Origin: an uncultured Acidimicrobiia bacterium
GTDB taxonomy: Bacteria > Actinomycetota > Acidimicrobiia > Acidimicrobiales > AC-14
DNA: 64,000 nt
Assembly: GCA_963836205.1 (NCBI GenBank)
Contig: CAWIIV010000017.1
Location: 196,936 to 260,935, forward strand
Direction: 5' to 3'
The notes under the pieces are model-generated. The model was not told the DNA's origin and searched no databases. It worked only from the letters and a program-made list of their open reading frames with translations. Of the stretch, positions 1 to 10,112 are shown piece after piece (position 1 is the stretch's first letter; each line of letters opens with the position of its first letter). The position numbers and the translations under genes are program-made.

Positions 1-496
1 CGCCCACCGTGCGCCACTTGTCGTCGAGGGGGACGGCACTCACGGTGAGGGACAGGGCGGGCGGGCCGGGGATGTCGAGGGTGCGCTCGGCGCCCCTGCC
101 CTCGGTGGCCGACAGCAGGAGGTCGTGGACCTTGGCCTCCACCGACGGCTCGGGTTCCACCCCCAGCAGGCGGATGGACTGGGCGTTCTGGAACACGGTG
201 CGGCCCTGGTCGTCGCCGATGATCACGCCCAGCTCGAGCTGGTCGAGGGCCCGCTCCAGGCGGGTGCTGGCCACGCCGGTGTCGCCGGTGGTGGTCATCT
301 TGGCGTCGACCAGCTTCTCCAGCTGGGTGAGCACCTCGTCCATGCCCCGGGACTCGAGCTTGAGCTCCTCGTCGCCCAAGCGGGCGTTGAGGGCCGACAG
401 CCTCCGGACGGGGCCGCGGCGGGAGAGGTGGAGGACCACCGCGCCGAGCATGACGATGCCGACGGCGACCAGGACGGGGACGAGGTCAGACGGCAT
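1..496 (-). CDS. Membrane sensor protein, 5' part only (runs off window); likely PAS-containing SenX3-like histidine kinase
   Basis: Own translation from ATG 496: MPSDLVPVLVAVGIVMLGAVVLHL (TM helix)...RLERALDQLELGVIIGDDQGRTVFQN (PAS-like start). Not in the ORF track because it is open at the window edge; the kinase core is not visible. Confidence 0.5.
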   Translation of the reverse strand, partial: MPSDLVPVLVAVGIVMLGAVVLHLSRRGPVRRLSALNARLGDEELKLESRGMDEVLTQLEKLVDAKMTTTGDTGVASTRLERALDQLELGVIIGDDQGRTVFQNAQSIRLLGVEPEPSVEAKVHDLLLSATEGRGAERTLDIPGPPALSLTVSAVPLDDKWRTVG

Positions 497-562
497 TGCG
501 GTCCACCCTAGATTCCGGACCCGCCGGAACCGGGGCAAGCCGGGGAACGATCGGAACTGCCC

Positions 563-856
563 TCAGCCGGCCCCGGAACCGTCGTCGTCCTCGGGGACAC
601 CGAGGTCCCAGTCGAGGAGGAGCAGCTCCCGCTCGGCGTCGCGCACGACCCGCTCCCGGTTGCGGCGGAACTGGGGGTCGTGGGGCGGGAGCAGCAGCAG
701 CCGGGCCAGTGCCCGTTGGCGGAACTCCTCGATCAGGTTACGATCCCCGAAGTCGGACGCGACCTCCCAATGGGGCGCGACCGGACCCAGGTAGACGATC
801 CGGACGTGGCCGCGAGGCGGCTGCGGCTCCTCGGACTCCTCCGGCAACTGGGACAT
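563..856 (-). CDS. Hypothetical protein (97 aa)
   Basis: Protein-like composition (HVRIVYLGPVAPHWEV...); TAGGCT -10-like hexamer 6 nt before ATG. Confidence 0.7.
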   Translation of the reverse strand: MSQLPEESEEPQPPRGHVRIVYLGPVAPHWEVASDFGDRNLIEEFRQRALARLLLLPPHDPQFRRNRERVVRDAERELLLLDWDLGVPEDDDGSGAG

Positions 857-1043
857 ACAGGGAGCCTACAAGCCTCCCGGCAGGGACCGATCAGGGCCCA
901 AGACGGGCGTCGGACGGGGTCTGCACCGAAAATTCATGAAACTTCCGGCGATCCATGCTCGTCTCCACCTTCGTAGTAGCCGAGAAGGGAACCAACCGAC
1001 CCGGTCACGCGTTGTAGGGGTAGGGCCCGAACGAGGAGGGGCA

Positions 1044-1301
1044 ATGGACACGAACTGGATGGCTACCGGCAATTGCCGCACGGAACCGCCATCGCTCTTC
1101 TTCCCCAGCGACGGCGTCGGCGTCGAGGTGGCCCGCAAGATCTGCGCCACCTGCCCGGCCAAGGAACCCTGCCTCGAGTACGCCCTGGCCAACGGCATCG
1201 ACCACGGGGTGTGGGGCGGTGCCTCCGAACGTGAGCGGCGCCGCATCGCCCGCCGCCGGAGGTTGGAGGCGGCCGCCGCCGCCGCATCGCCCCGCCGCTG
1301 A
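1044..1301 (+). CDS. whiB: WhiB-family Fe-S transcriptional regulator
   Basis: Four Cys (C...CATC...C), GVWGG motif and basic C-terminus; GAGGAGG SD before ATG 1044. Confidence 0.93.
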   Translation: MDTNWMATGNCRTEPPSLFFPSDGVGVEVARKICATCPAKEPCLEYALANGIDHGVWGGASERERRRIARRRRLEAAAAAASPRR

Positions 1302-1302
1302 C

Positions 1303-1330
1303 GTCAGGGGTCAGGAGTCAGGGGTCAGGC
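1303..1330. repeat. 7-bp tandem repeat GTCAGGN x4 between convergent genes
   Basis: gtcaggg gtcagga gtcaggg gtcaggc read directly. Confidence 0.75.
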
Positions 1331-2326
1331 AAGGGGCTGGATCAGGGTCCGGGCCACGCTCCGCAGCCGCTCCAGCACCGACGGATTGCGCGTCGCCGGC
1401 ACCGGTAGGTCACGGGCAGCGGTGAGCACCTGGTCGAGGGGCGCGTCGCTGACCACCGTGTACACCGTCGGACCGGCCTGCCACAGCACCACCTGGCCCC
1501 CGGGCCAGGCGTAGCGCCAGCCGGCCGCCTTCCCCACCGGCACCGGGCCCCCCTCCTCGCCCAGCTCCTGGCGGTCGAGCGCGCCCCGCCGCTGGAACAC
1601 CGACAGCTCGTAGATCCCGTCGCTGTAGAGCACCTGGACGACACCGTCCCGCTTGTAGACGCCGACCCGCGTGTAGCCGTCGGCCAGCCGGGCGGGAGCT
1701 AGGTCGGCCGACGACAGGCTGGCCGGCGCCACCGCCTCGGGGGCCTGGTTGTCCGACTTGGCCGGCGACGGCGGGGGCGCGGTGGCGGGGTCGATCACCA
1801 GCGTGGTGAAGCCGACGACCCGGGCCACGGTGCCGTCGGGAGCGAACTGGCGGCGCTCGAGGAGCAGGTCGGTGGCCGAGTCGAGGAAGACCTTCTCCCG
1901 CAGGACCGACTGCTGGCGGACGTCGACCACGATCGTGGCTCGGCCGGCAACCGGCGGCCCGTCCTCCTCGACAGTCTGGTACTTGAGGGCGGGATCGGGT
2001 CCGTCGACGCGGTCGAGGGCCGGGGGCCACAGCAGGTTCCAGCCACCGTCCTCGTGCTGCACCAGCCGCTCCGACGTGGCCGAGACCATCACCTGGTTGC
2101 CGCCCCGCAGCAGCAGCGACCCGGCGGCGGACTGCACCGTGACCTGCTCGTGGTGCTCGGTGCCACCGTCGAGCCAGCGGACCTCGACCGTCCCCGTGAA
2201 CGAGACCCGGGCCGCCGCCTCCCGGGCCCGGTCGAAGGGGTCGTCGACCGCGCCGGCCGCACCCGCCGTGGAGGCGACGGACGTGGCCAGGAGGCCGGCC
2301 ACCAGGCCGGCGACCAGCACCTTCAC
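1325..2326 (-). CDS. Secreted sigma-E regulatory protein, MucB/RseB-like
   Basis: Signal peptide; VAGRATIVVDV, LDSATDLLLERRQF and YSDGIYELSVF resemble MucB/RseB; overlaps the anti-sigma stop. Confidence 0.7.
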   Translation of the reverse strand: MKVLVAGLVAGLLATSVASTAGAAGAVDDPFDRAREAAARVSFTGTVEVRWLDGGTEHHEQVTVQSAAGSLLLRGGNQVMVSATSERLVQHEDGGWNLLWPPALDRVDGPDPALKYQTVEEDGPPVAGRATIVVDVRQQSVLREKVFLDSATDLLLERRQFAPDGTVARVVGFTTLVIDPATAPPPSPAKSDNQAPEAVAPASLSSADLAPARLADGYTRVGVYKRDGVVQVLYSDGIYELSVFQRRGALDRQELGEEGGPVPVGKAAGWRYAWPGGQVVLWQAGPTVYTVVSDAPLDQVLTAARDLPVPATRNPSVLERLRSVARTLIQPLA

Positions 2327-2760
2327 CGGCTGATGGTGACGGGGACGCCGGCGGGCGCCAGGTTGGTGACGGGGTCACCCTCGCCGACGGAGGTGGCGTG
2401 GGCCTCGATGAGGGTGGCGACCGACGGGTCGACCGGCGGCTGGGGGGCGGGCGCCACGCTCACCAGCACCGCGGCCACGGCGGCGGCCGCCCCCACGAAG
2501 GCCATGGCGATCCGCCGGCGCCCGGGCCGGTAGGGGACGAGCATGCGCTCGTAGAGGCCGAACGGGGGCTCGACCGGAGGCAGGGCCCGGAGCCAGAGCC
2601 GGGCCACCCGCACCATCTCCATCTCGTGCCGGCAGGCCATGCACGTCACCAGGTGGGCCTGGACCTCGGCCTCCTGGGCCGGCGACAGCTCACCGTCGAG
2701 GAGGGCGCTGAGCGAGTCGCCCGCGTGCTGCACGTCGCCCGACGAACCGGGGGCGGTCAC
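2323..2760 (-). CDS. Zinc-finger (zf-HC2) anti-sigma factor with TM helix
   Basis: LSALLDGEL...HLVTCMAC (HxxxCxxC) followed by a hydrophobic helix; directly downstream of the ECF sigma. Confidence 0.88.
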   Translation of the reverse strand: MTAPGSSGDVQHAGDSLSALLDGELSPAQEAEVQAHLVTCMACRHEMEMVRVARLWLRALPPVEPPFGLYERMLVPYRPGRRRIAMAFVGAAAAVAAVLVSVAPAPQPPVDPSVATLIEAHATSVGEGDPVTNLAPAGVPVTISR

Positions 2761-3257
2761 GCCAGGACCTCCCGGAGCATGGCCCGGCCCCGGTGGATGC
2801 GGCTGCGGACGGTGCCCACGGGCACGTCGAGGGCGGCCGCGATCTCCTGGTAGGGCAGCCCGACCACGTCGCAGAGCACCACCGCGGCCCGGTAGTCGGC
2901 GGGCAGGCCCCGGAGGGCGGACTGCACGTCGTCGGGAAGGGCGCCGCCGGCCAGTACCTCGTCGGCAGCCATGGAGGGCGGCAGGGCGCGGTCGGGGTTC
3001 TCGGGGAGGGGGTCGACCGGGCGGCGTCGGCGCCGGCGGACCTCGTCGAGGAACGTGTTGGTGGTGATGCGGCTCAGCCAGCCTTCCAGGGATCCCGGCC
3101 GGTAGGTCTCGAGGCCCTTGCGGACCCGGAGGAGGACCTCCTGCACGAGATCTTGCGCGTCGTCGTCGTCACCGGTGAGGCGGTAGGCCACCGTGTAGAG
3201 GAAGCGACCGTGGTCGCGTGCGACGTCCTCCCACGAGGGAACCTTTCCATCTGTCAT
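2757..3257 (-). CDS. sigE: ECF RNA polymerase sigma factor, SigE-like
   Basis: AYRLTG..DAQDLVQEV, EGWLSRITTNTFLD, GTVRSRIHRGR match actinobacterial SigE. Confidence 0.85.
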   Translation of the reverse strand: MTDGKVPSWEDVARDHGRFLYTVAYRLTGDDDDAQDLVQEVLLRVRKGLETYRPGSLEGWLSRITTNTFLDEVRRRRRRPVDPLPENPDRALPPSMAADEVLAGGALPDDVQSALRGLPADYRAAVVLCDVVGLPYQEIAAALDVPVGTVRSRIHRGRAMLREVLA

Positions 3258-3287
3258 CGAGAACGACGGCCGCAGCCGCCGGGTTCC

Positions 3288-3557
3288 CTACTCGGAGGGA
3301 GATTCCTTGCGGGCCTGGGCTTCCCGCTCCGAGAGCAGGGCGTCGAGCTCGGCCTGGGTCATGGTGACCTTGTCGGTCGGCTTGGGCCGGCTGTCCAACG
3401 CCTTGGCGTCGTCCTTGCCGCCGTCGCTCACGCCCTTCTTGAACTCCTGCGACGCCTCACCGATGGAACGGGCCAGCTTGGGCAGCTTGGTCGAACCGAA
3501 GAGCAGCAGCACGACGACCAAGACGATGATGAGCTCGAGCGGGCCAATGTTCGGCAT
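3288..3557 (-). CDS. tatA: Twin-arginine translocase TatA/TatE subunit
   Basis: MPNIGPLELIIVLVVVLLLFGSTKLPKLARSIGEASQEFKKG. Confidence 0.92.
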   Translation of the reverse strand: MPNIGPLELIIVLVVVLLLFGSTKLPKLARSIGEASQEFKKGVSDGGKDDAKALDSRPKPTDKVTMTQAELDALLSEREAQARKESPSE

Positions 3558-3562
3558 AGACC

Positions 3563-4555
3563 TCAGAGCGTACAGGCCAGGGCCAGGATTTCGAGGCCGT
3601 CGTCGGCAGGCACCGAGAACGGCATCGCGCCCGGGGCGACCACGACGGTGGACACGTCCAGGCCGGCCCACCCTTGCAGTTGGGCTCGGACGTCATCCAC
3701 CGTTCCCACCAGCCGGCCCCGGCGCCACTCGTCGAGGGTCGCGCCGCCGAGTCCGCCCGGCGTGGTCGCCCGCAGGCGCTCGAACCGGCGGGCGAGGTCG
3801 GCGCCGTCCTCCCCCACCAGGGCGTACAGGCCCACCGAGCGACTGACGGTGGCCGGGTCTCGCCCGGCCCGGTCGCAGGCGGCAACGAGCACGTCCAGCC
3901 GCTCCCCGTAGGCCTCGGGCGTCGCCACCCACGCCGTGTTCCAACCGTCGGCCTCGCGGGCCACGAGATCGAGCAGGCGGTCGCCCCGGCCGCCGACCCA
4001 GATCGGCGGACCGGGGGCCTGCACCGGCCGCGGCAGGCACATGGCCTCGACTGCGTGCTCGTAGCGGCCGTCGAAGGTGAACGGTCCGCCACCGAAGAGG
4101 CCCCGGGTGACGAGGATCGACTCCTCCAGGTGGCGCAGTCGCCCAGCCGGGTGGCGGAAGGGGACGCCGGCCACCCGGAACTCGTCCTCGTTCCAGCCCG
4201 CGCCCAGGCCGACGGTGAGCCGTCCGCCGGAGAGGACGTCGATGGTGGCGAGCTGTTTGGCGGTGACGGTGGCCGGCCGGAGCGGGGCGCAGAGGGTGAG
4301 GGTCCCCAGGCCGACCCGGTCGGTGACCCGGGCGAGGGCGCCGAGGGCGGGAAGGGGGTCGAAGCCGGGGTACCGGCCGGGCGGGCCGCCGTAGCGGGAC
4401 CGGTCGACGAACAGGTGGTCGGACAGCCACAGGGAGTCGAAGCCCAGTTCCTCGGCCCGGCGGGCGGTGGCCTCGACGGTGGCCCACGGGACGCGGCCCG
4501 GCTCCGGCTCGGCAGAGAAGAAGTCGTACTGCGGCAGCGCCAGCCCGATCTCCAC
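3563..4555 (-). CDS. LLM-class flavin (probably F420)-dependent oxidoreductase
   Basis: AEELGFDSLWLSDH, LSGGRLTVGLGAGW, PPIWVGG motifs. Confidence 0.9.
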   Translation of the reverse strand: MEIGLALPQYDFFSAEPEPGRVPWATVEATARRAEELGFDSLWLSDHLFVDRSRYGGPPGRYPGFDPLPALGALARVTDRVGLGTLTLCAPLRPATVTAKQLATIDVLSGGRLTVGLGAGWNEDEFRVAGVPFRHPAGRLRHLEESILVTRGLFGGGPFTFDGRYEHAVEAMCLPRPVQAPGPPIWVGGRGDRLLDLVAREADGWNTAWVATPEAYGERLDVLVAACDRAGRDPATVSRSVGLYALVGEDGADLARRFERLRATTPGGLGGATLDEWRRGRLVGTVDDVRAQLQGWAGLDVSTVVVAPGAMPFSVPADDGLEILALACTL

Positions 4556-4578
4556 CGGGACAGTCTTGCTGTGCGAGC

Positions 4579-5391
4579 GTGGGGACCGTGCTCGAGTGCG
4601 TGGTCAACGTGAGCGAGGGACGGGACCGGGCGGTGATCGCGGCCTTGGCCGCGGCTGCCGGTGCCCGGTGCCTGCTCGACGTCCACACCGATGCCCACCA
4701 CCACCGGTCGGTGTTGACGCTGGCGGGCGACGGGGTCGAAACCGCGGCCCGGGCGGTGGCGGCGGAGGCGGTGGCCCGGCTCGACCTGGGCCGGCACTCG
4801 GGCGTCCATCCCCGGCTGGGCGTGGTCGACGTGGTGCCGTTCGTCCCCCTCGGGCCGTCGACCCTGGCCGACGCCGTCGCCGCCCGAGACCGGTTCCTGG
4901 CCTGGGCGGCCGGCGGGCTGGACCTGCCCGGGTTCGCCTACGGGCCGCCGCCCGACCGGTCGTTGCCGGAGGTGCGGCGGGAGGCATTCACCACGTTGGC
5001 GCCGACGGCGGGGCCGCGCGTGCCTCATCCCACCGCGGGGGCGGTCTGCGTCGGCGCCCGGCCGGTGCTGGTGGCCTACAACGTGTGGCTGGCCGACGGG
5101 GTTGGCGTGGACGAGGCCCGGCGGGTGGCGGCGGCGGTGCGCCGGCCGGGGGTGGTGCGGGCACTCGGCCTCGACGTGGGCGGGCGGGCCCAGGTGTCGA
5201 TGAACCTGGTGGACCCGCTGGCGGTGGGCCCGGGGGCCGCGTTCGACGCGGTGCGGGCGCTGGTGGCGGTGGACGGGGCCGAGCTGGTGGGGCTGGTGCC
5301 GGCGGCGGTGCTCGATGCGATCCCGCGCTCGCGGTGGGCGGAGCTCGACCTCGACCCGTCGCGCACGATCGAGGAACGGCTCGGGCGGTGA
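4579..5391 (+). CDS. Glutamate formiminotransferase (stand-alone FTCD N-terminal domain)
   Basis: ECVVNVSEGR, DAHHHRSVLT, HSGVHPRLGVVDVVPFVP, HPTAGA, QVSMNL. Confidence 0.88.
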   Translation: MGTVLECVVNVSEGRDRAVIAALAAAAGARCLLDVHTDAHHHRSVLTLAGDGVETAARAVAAEAVARLDLGRHSGVHPRLGVVDVVPFVPLGPSTLADAVAARDRFLAWAAGGLDLPGFAYGPPPDRSLPEVRREAFTTLAPTAGPRVPHPTAGAVCVGARPVLVAYNVWLADGVGVDEARRVAAAVRRPGVVRALGLDVGGRAQVSMNLVDPLAVGPGAAFDAVRALVAVDGAELVGLVPAAVLDAIPRSRWAELDLDPSRTIEERLGR

Positions 5392-5452
5392 ACCTGGCGA
5401 CACCGGGCACGGTCGTGGATGTGCCCGGTGTCGCCAGAGACCAGAGGCCGAG

Positions 5453-5743
5453 TCAGGCGGTGGCGGCCGAATCCCGGCTGGCGACGGTGCGCTCCCGGCG
5501 GATGCGACGTCGTTCGCGCTCGCTGAGCCCGCCCCAGATGCCGAACTTCTCGCCGTTGATCAGGGCGTACTCCAGGCATTCCGAGCGCACGACGCAGCCT
5601 CGGCACACCGCCTTGGCCTCCCTGGTCGAGGCCCCCCGCTCGGGGAAGAACAGGTCGGGGTCGACCCCCAGGCAGTTGGCCTGCCACTGCCATGTTCGGT
5701 CCCCGAAGTCGAACCTGTGTCCTCGTCGTTGCTCCACGGCCAC
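5453..5743 (-). CDS. whiB: WhiB-family regulator (WhiB/WhiB2-like)
   Basis: CLGVDPDLFFPERGASTREAKAVCRGC..CLEYAL..GIWGGLSERERR; start uncertain (GTG 5743/5737). Confidence 0.93.
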   Translation of the reverse strand: MAVEQRRGHRFDFGDRTWQWQANCLGVDPDLFFPERGASTREAKAVCRGCVVRSECLEYALINGEKFGIWGGLSERERRRIRRERTVASRDSAATA

Positions 5744-5830
5744 TCCCCTCACGTCCCCTTTGGTGCCGCCCTTTGACGTGGTTGTAATTACACCGATGTG
5801 ATCTTGCTCCAAACGTCAGTGGTGGCGCAA

Positions 5831-6330
<500 letters not shown>

Positions 6331-6358
<28 letters not shown>

Positions 6359-6615
6359 CGGTCGGCGTCAGGAGTCGCCGGAGCCTTTCGCCGACGGACG
6401 AGGCGTTCGGGATGGCGCCGGTCGTCCTCGATCCGCTCGACAAGTGCCCGATTGGCCAAGAACCTCGCCTCCAGCTCTGACATCACCACGGCCGGCGTGA
6501 GGACAATTGTTCCGTCTGGTTGCTCGATGGCGAGATAGCGCCGGTGCTCCGGGCGGCCCAGCTTCCCGAGGCTGACCCGCCGCCGGGCATCGAGCTTGAT
6601 GAGGATTTCGTCCGT
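6331..6615 (-). other. AbrB/MazE-like antitoxin ORF lacking a canonical start (ACG start or pseudogene)
   Basis: Own translation: (ACG)DEILIKLDARRRVSLGKLGRPEHRRYLAIEQPDGTIVLTPAVVMSELEARFLANRALVERIEDDRRHPERL; swapped-hairpin-like pattern. Confidence 0.55.
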
Positions 6616-6649
6616 ATCGGTCTCGACAGTACGGCGTCGATTCGGCTGA

Positions 6650-8682
6650 TCAGGCGGTGCGGCCCCGACCCCGGGTGCCCCGCAGGGCTCGCTTCTGGTC
6701 GAGGAAGTCGACCAGGACGTAGCTGCCGAGGTTTTCGGGGGTGGTGAAGAAGATGCGGCCGCGGTTGAGCTTGGCCATGCGCTCGACGAAGGCTTGGAGG
6801 TCGGGGGTGGCGTCGAGCATGAACGTGTTGATGCGGATGTTCTCGGCCGTGCAGCGGGCCACCTCGGCCAGCGTCGCCCGCAGCGTCTCCGGCGCCGGCG
6901 GGTAGGAGAAGAACGGCTCTCCCCCAGGGAGGATGTGGGCCGTCGGCTCGCCGTCGGTGATCATCAGCACCTGGCGGGTGCCGGGCTGGCGGGACAGCAT
7001 CTGCCGGGCCAACAACAACGCGTGCTGGATGTTGGTGCCGAAGTTGAAGTCCCACGACACCCGGGGCAGCTCGGCCGGGCGCAGGGTACGGGCCACCTCG
7101 CCGAACACGACCAGCCCCAGGAAGTCCCGCGGGTACTGGGTCGAGATGAGTGAGTGGAGGGCGACGGCGACCTTCTTGGCGGCCAGGAAGTTGTCCTTCA
7201 TGGGCATCGACAGGGATAGGTCCAGCAGGAGGACCGTGCTCGACCGGGTGAGCGTCTCCGTGCGCTCGACCTCGAAGTCGTCCGGCTCCAACGCCACCGG
7301 GGTGCCCGACCCGCCCCGGGTGACGGCGTTGCGCAGGGTGCGCTGGATGTCGAGGTTGAAGGGGTCGCCCCACTCGTAGGGCTTGGTGGAGTAGCTCCGC
7401 TCGTGCCCGGGGCCTTCCCGTTCCACCTGGTGCCGGCCCACCCGGTCCTTCTCCAGCCCCTGGAACAGGTCGCCCAGGGCGTTGCGCCCGATGGCCCGCA
7501 GGCCCCGGGGCGTCAGCTCCAGCCGGCCCTCCCGGTTCTCGATCAACCCGGCCTCCGTCAGCAGGCGGGCCAGCTCGGCCAGGCGCTCCAGGCTGCGAGC
7601 GCCGTCGTCGCCCAGGAGGTCGCGGGCCACGTCGAAGTCGACCTCGGCCAGGGCGCCGGGCGACGGGGCCGACGACAGCAGGTGCTCCAGCTGGTCGAGG
7701 TTGCCCAGCCGCTCCATGAGGTCGACCGCCTCGCCCATGCCCAGGGGGTCGCGGCCCCGGGTCTGGAACCGCCGCTCCCACCCCTCGCCCGGGAAGGCGC
7801 CCTGGAGGTGCTGCTGGAGGCGGTCGACCTGCCAGCGCAGGTCCATGTCGTCGAGGAGCTGGGCCGACAGGGCCGACAGCTGGGCTCGCTGCTCGGGCGA
7901 CAGCGAGTTGAGGAAGGCCTGCATGGCCGCCATCCGCCGGGCCATCGACTCCAGCAGCTCGTCGAGCGTCTGCGGGTTCTCAGGGAACATGTCGCCGTAC
8001 CGGGCCATGAAGCCCTCGAAGTCGGGCTCCTCTCCCTTTCCTGCCATGAATTGGGCCCGCTCGTCGAGCATCGCGTTCAGGGCCGACAGCATGTCCTTGA
8101 ACCGGGCCATCTCCTCCGGCGTGGTGCTCTCCATGGCCCCGCCATCGACTGGAACTGGCTGTCGAGGAGCTGGCGGCGGAGCTCGTCCATCAGCTTCTGG
8201 AAGGCCTGGGCCGCGGCCGGCGAGACGAAGTCGTACGCCTCCAGCGCCTTGACCTGTCCGGCCAGGTCGGGAGGCAGGAGGTCGAGCTGCATGCGCCGGT
8301 CGGCCATGGCCTGGCCCGTGACGTCCTGGCGGCGGGGGTCGCCCGACTCCCGGGCCTGGCGGTCGAGGTCGTCGACGGCGGCCCGCTCCGCCTCCACCAC
8401 GTCACGGAGCGCCTTGGCGATGTCGTCGTAGACGCCGCCCAGGTCGTGCTTGGCCAGCTCCTCCTTCCGCCGCTGGCGGAGGCGCTCGATCAGCTCCCGC
8501 AGGCCGGCCAGGCGGTTGCCGTCGGCGTCGCGCACCCCGTCCTGAAGGAGGCGGCGGAGGGCAGCGTCGAGCTCGCCGTGGTAGAGGAGATCGTCGGTGA
8601 GCTCTGCCAAGAGGGTGTCGGCGTCGAGCTCGAAGCCCTGCTGGGTGCCGTCCCACCGGGAGTAGCGGAACGAGCCGGGCAT
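6650..8682 (-). pseudogene. vWA-domain protein (partner of the AAA+ ATPase), split by a 1-bp frameshift at ~8137-8140 (possibly sequencing error)
   Basis: N part 8077..8682 (FRYSRWDGTQ) and C part 6650..8134 (MIDAS DLSLSM, ITDGEPTAH) join if one G is added to the G4 run. Confidence 0.85.
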
Positions 8683-8685
8683 CGG

Positions 8686-10086
8686 TTACCGGCCCCGGTA
8701 GGCGGCCCGGGCGCCGGCGGCGTCCTTGTTCAACCGGCGGGACAGGTGCAGCCCTTCCAACACCAGCTCGACCGCGGCGGCCATCGCCCCGGGAGACTCG
8801 GAGCCGGCCAGGGGCAGCGCCGCCGCCCGCAGCGCCGGGAGCTGCGACAACGCCTCCACGTAGGTGGACGACGCCACGTCGTCGCCGGTGTGGAAGATCG
8901 TGCCCCCGTCGAACTCGGCCAGCAGCGGCCGGAGGCTCTCAGCCAGGACATGGGCCTTGAACACCGAGAGCACCGCCGCCTTCACCAGACGGTCGAGGAC
9001 CTCCTCGTCGCCCCCATCGTCGAGCGTCTCCACCTCGACCTTGCCCACGGTCGACGCCGGCACCGCCTCCAGGTCGCATACGCGGGGCACCGCCTCCGAC
9101 TCGCCCAGCCGCAGCGCCCGGCGGGTGGCGTTGGCCACGACCGTCTCGTAGTTGGCGATCGTGAGCCGGACGGACACGCCCGAGCGCTGGTTGACGTGGG
9201 GACTGCGGCGGGCGCCGTGGCTGATGGCGGCCACGATCTCGGCCATGTGGCCCGGCACCTCCACCCGGACGCCGTCGACCTCGAGCGGCCGGGCCTCCTG
9301 GGCCACCACCGCCAGCTCGGTGTCGGCGTCGAGGGGGTAGTGGGTGCGGATCTGCGACCCGAAGCGGTCCTTGAGCGGGGTGATGATACGGCCCCGGTTG
9401 GTGTAGTCCTCGGGGTTGGCGGAGGCGACGAGGAGGATGTCGAGGGGCAGGCGGATGCGGTAGCCCCGCACCTGCACGTCGCGCTCCTCCAGCACGTTGA
9501 GCAGGCCCACCTGGATGCGCTCGGCCAGGTCGGGCAGCTCGTTGATGGCGAACATGCCCCGGTTGGTGCGGGGGACGAGGCCGTAGTGGAGGGTGAGCTC
9601 GTCGGACAGGTAGCGGCCCTCGGCCACCTTGATGGGGTCGACCTCGCCGATGAGGTCGGCGATCGACGTGTCGGGCGTGGCCAGCTTCTCGCCGAAGCGG
9701 TCGGACCGGTGGACCCATTCGATCGGAGTGTCGTCGTCCTTGTCCCGGACCAGCTCCCTCGCGTGGCGGGAGACGGGCCCGTACGGATCGTCGTTGATCT
9801 CCGACCCGGCCACGATCGGCATCCACTCGTCGAGCAGGTCGGTGAGCGAACGGATGATGCGGGTCTTGGCCTGGCCCCGCTCCCCCAGGAAGACGATGTC
9901 GTGCCCCGCCAGCAGGGCGTTCTCGAGCTGCGGGAGGACGGTGTCGTCGAAGCCGAGCACCCCTTCCACCATGCGCTGGCCGGCCGCGATCCGGCGGGCG
10001 GCGTTGGCCCTGACCTCGTCCTTGACGGTGCGGGACTGCCAGCCTGACTGGCGGAGCTGGCCGAGGGTGGCCGGGCGCGTCGACAT
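8686..10086 (-). CDS. Magnesium-chelatase-like AAA+ ATPase
   Basis: Variant Walker A GERGQAKTR, FAINELPDL, ASANPEDYTNRGRIITPLKDRFG. Confidence 0.9.
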   Translation of the reverse strand: MSTRPATLGQLRQSGWQSRTVKDEVRANAARRIAAGQRMVEGVLGFDDTVLPQLENALLAGHDIVFLGERGQAKTRIIRSLTDLLDEWMPIVAGSEINDDPYGPVSRHARELVRDKDDDTPIEWVHRSDRFGEKLATPDTSIADLIGEVDPIKVAEGRYLSDELTLHYGLVPRTNRGMFAINELPDLAERIQVGLLNVLEERDVQVRGYRIRLPLDILLVASANPEDYTNRGRIITPLKDRFGSQIRTHYPLDADTELAVVAQEARPLEVDGVRVEVPGHMAEIVAAISHGARRSPHVNQRSGVSVRLTIANYETVVANATRRALRLGESEAVPRVCDLEAVPASTVGKVEVETLDDGGDEEVLDRLVKAAVLSVFKAHVLAESLRPLLAEFDGGTIFHTGDDVASSTYVEALSQLPALRAAALPLAGSESPGAMAAAVELVLEGLHLSRRLNKDAAGARAAYRGR

Positions 10087-10112
10087 CGCCGGTCCAACGT
10101 AACCTTCCGGCC

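Noticed and set aside
5783-5792. TGTAATTACA palindrome upstream of whiB as a defined operator
   Set aside because: Striking in a GC-rich background but only 10 bp, seen once, and not assignable to a regulator from sequence alone.
8131-8145. vWA gene as two separate genes or a recoding site
   Set aside because: One extra G in a G4 run restores a continuous protein; same error signature as tsaB.
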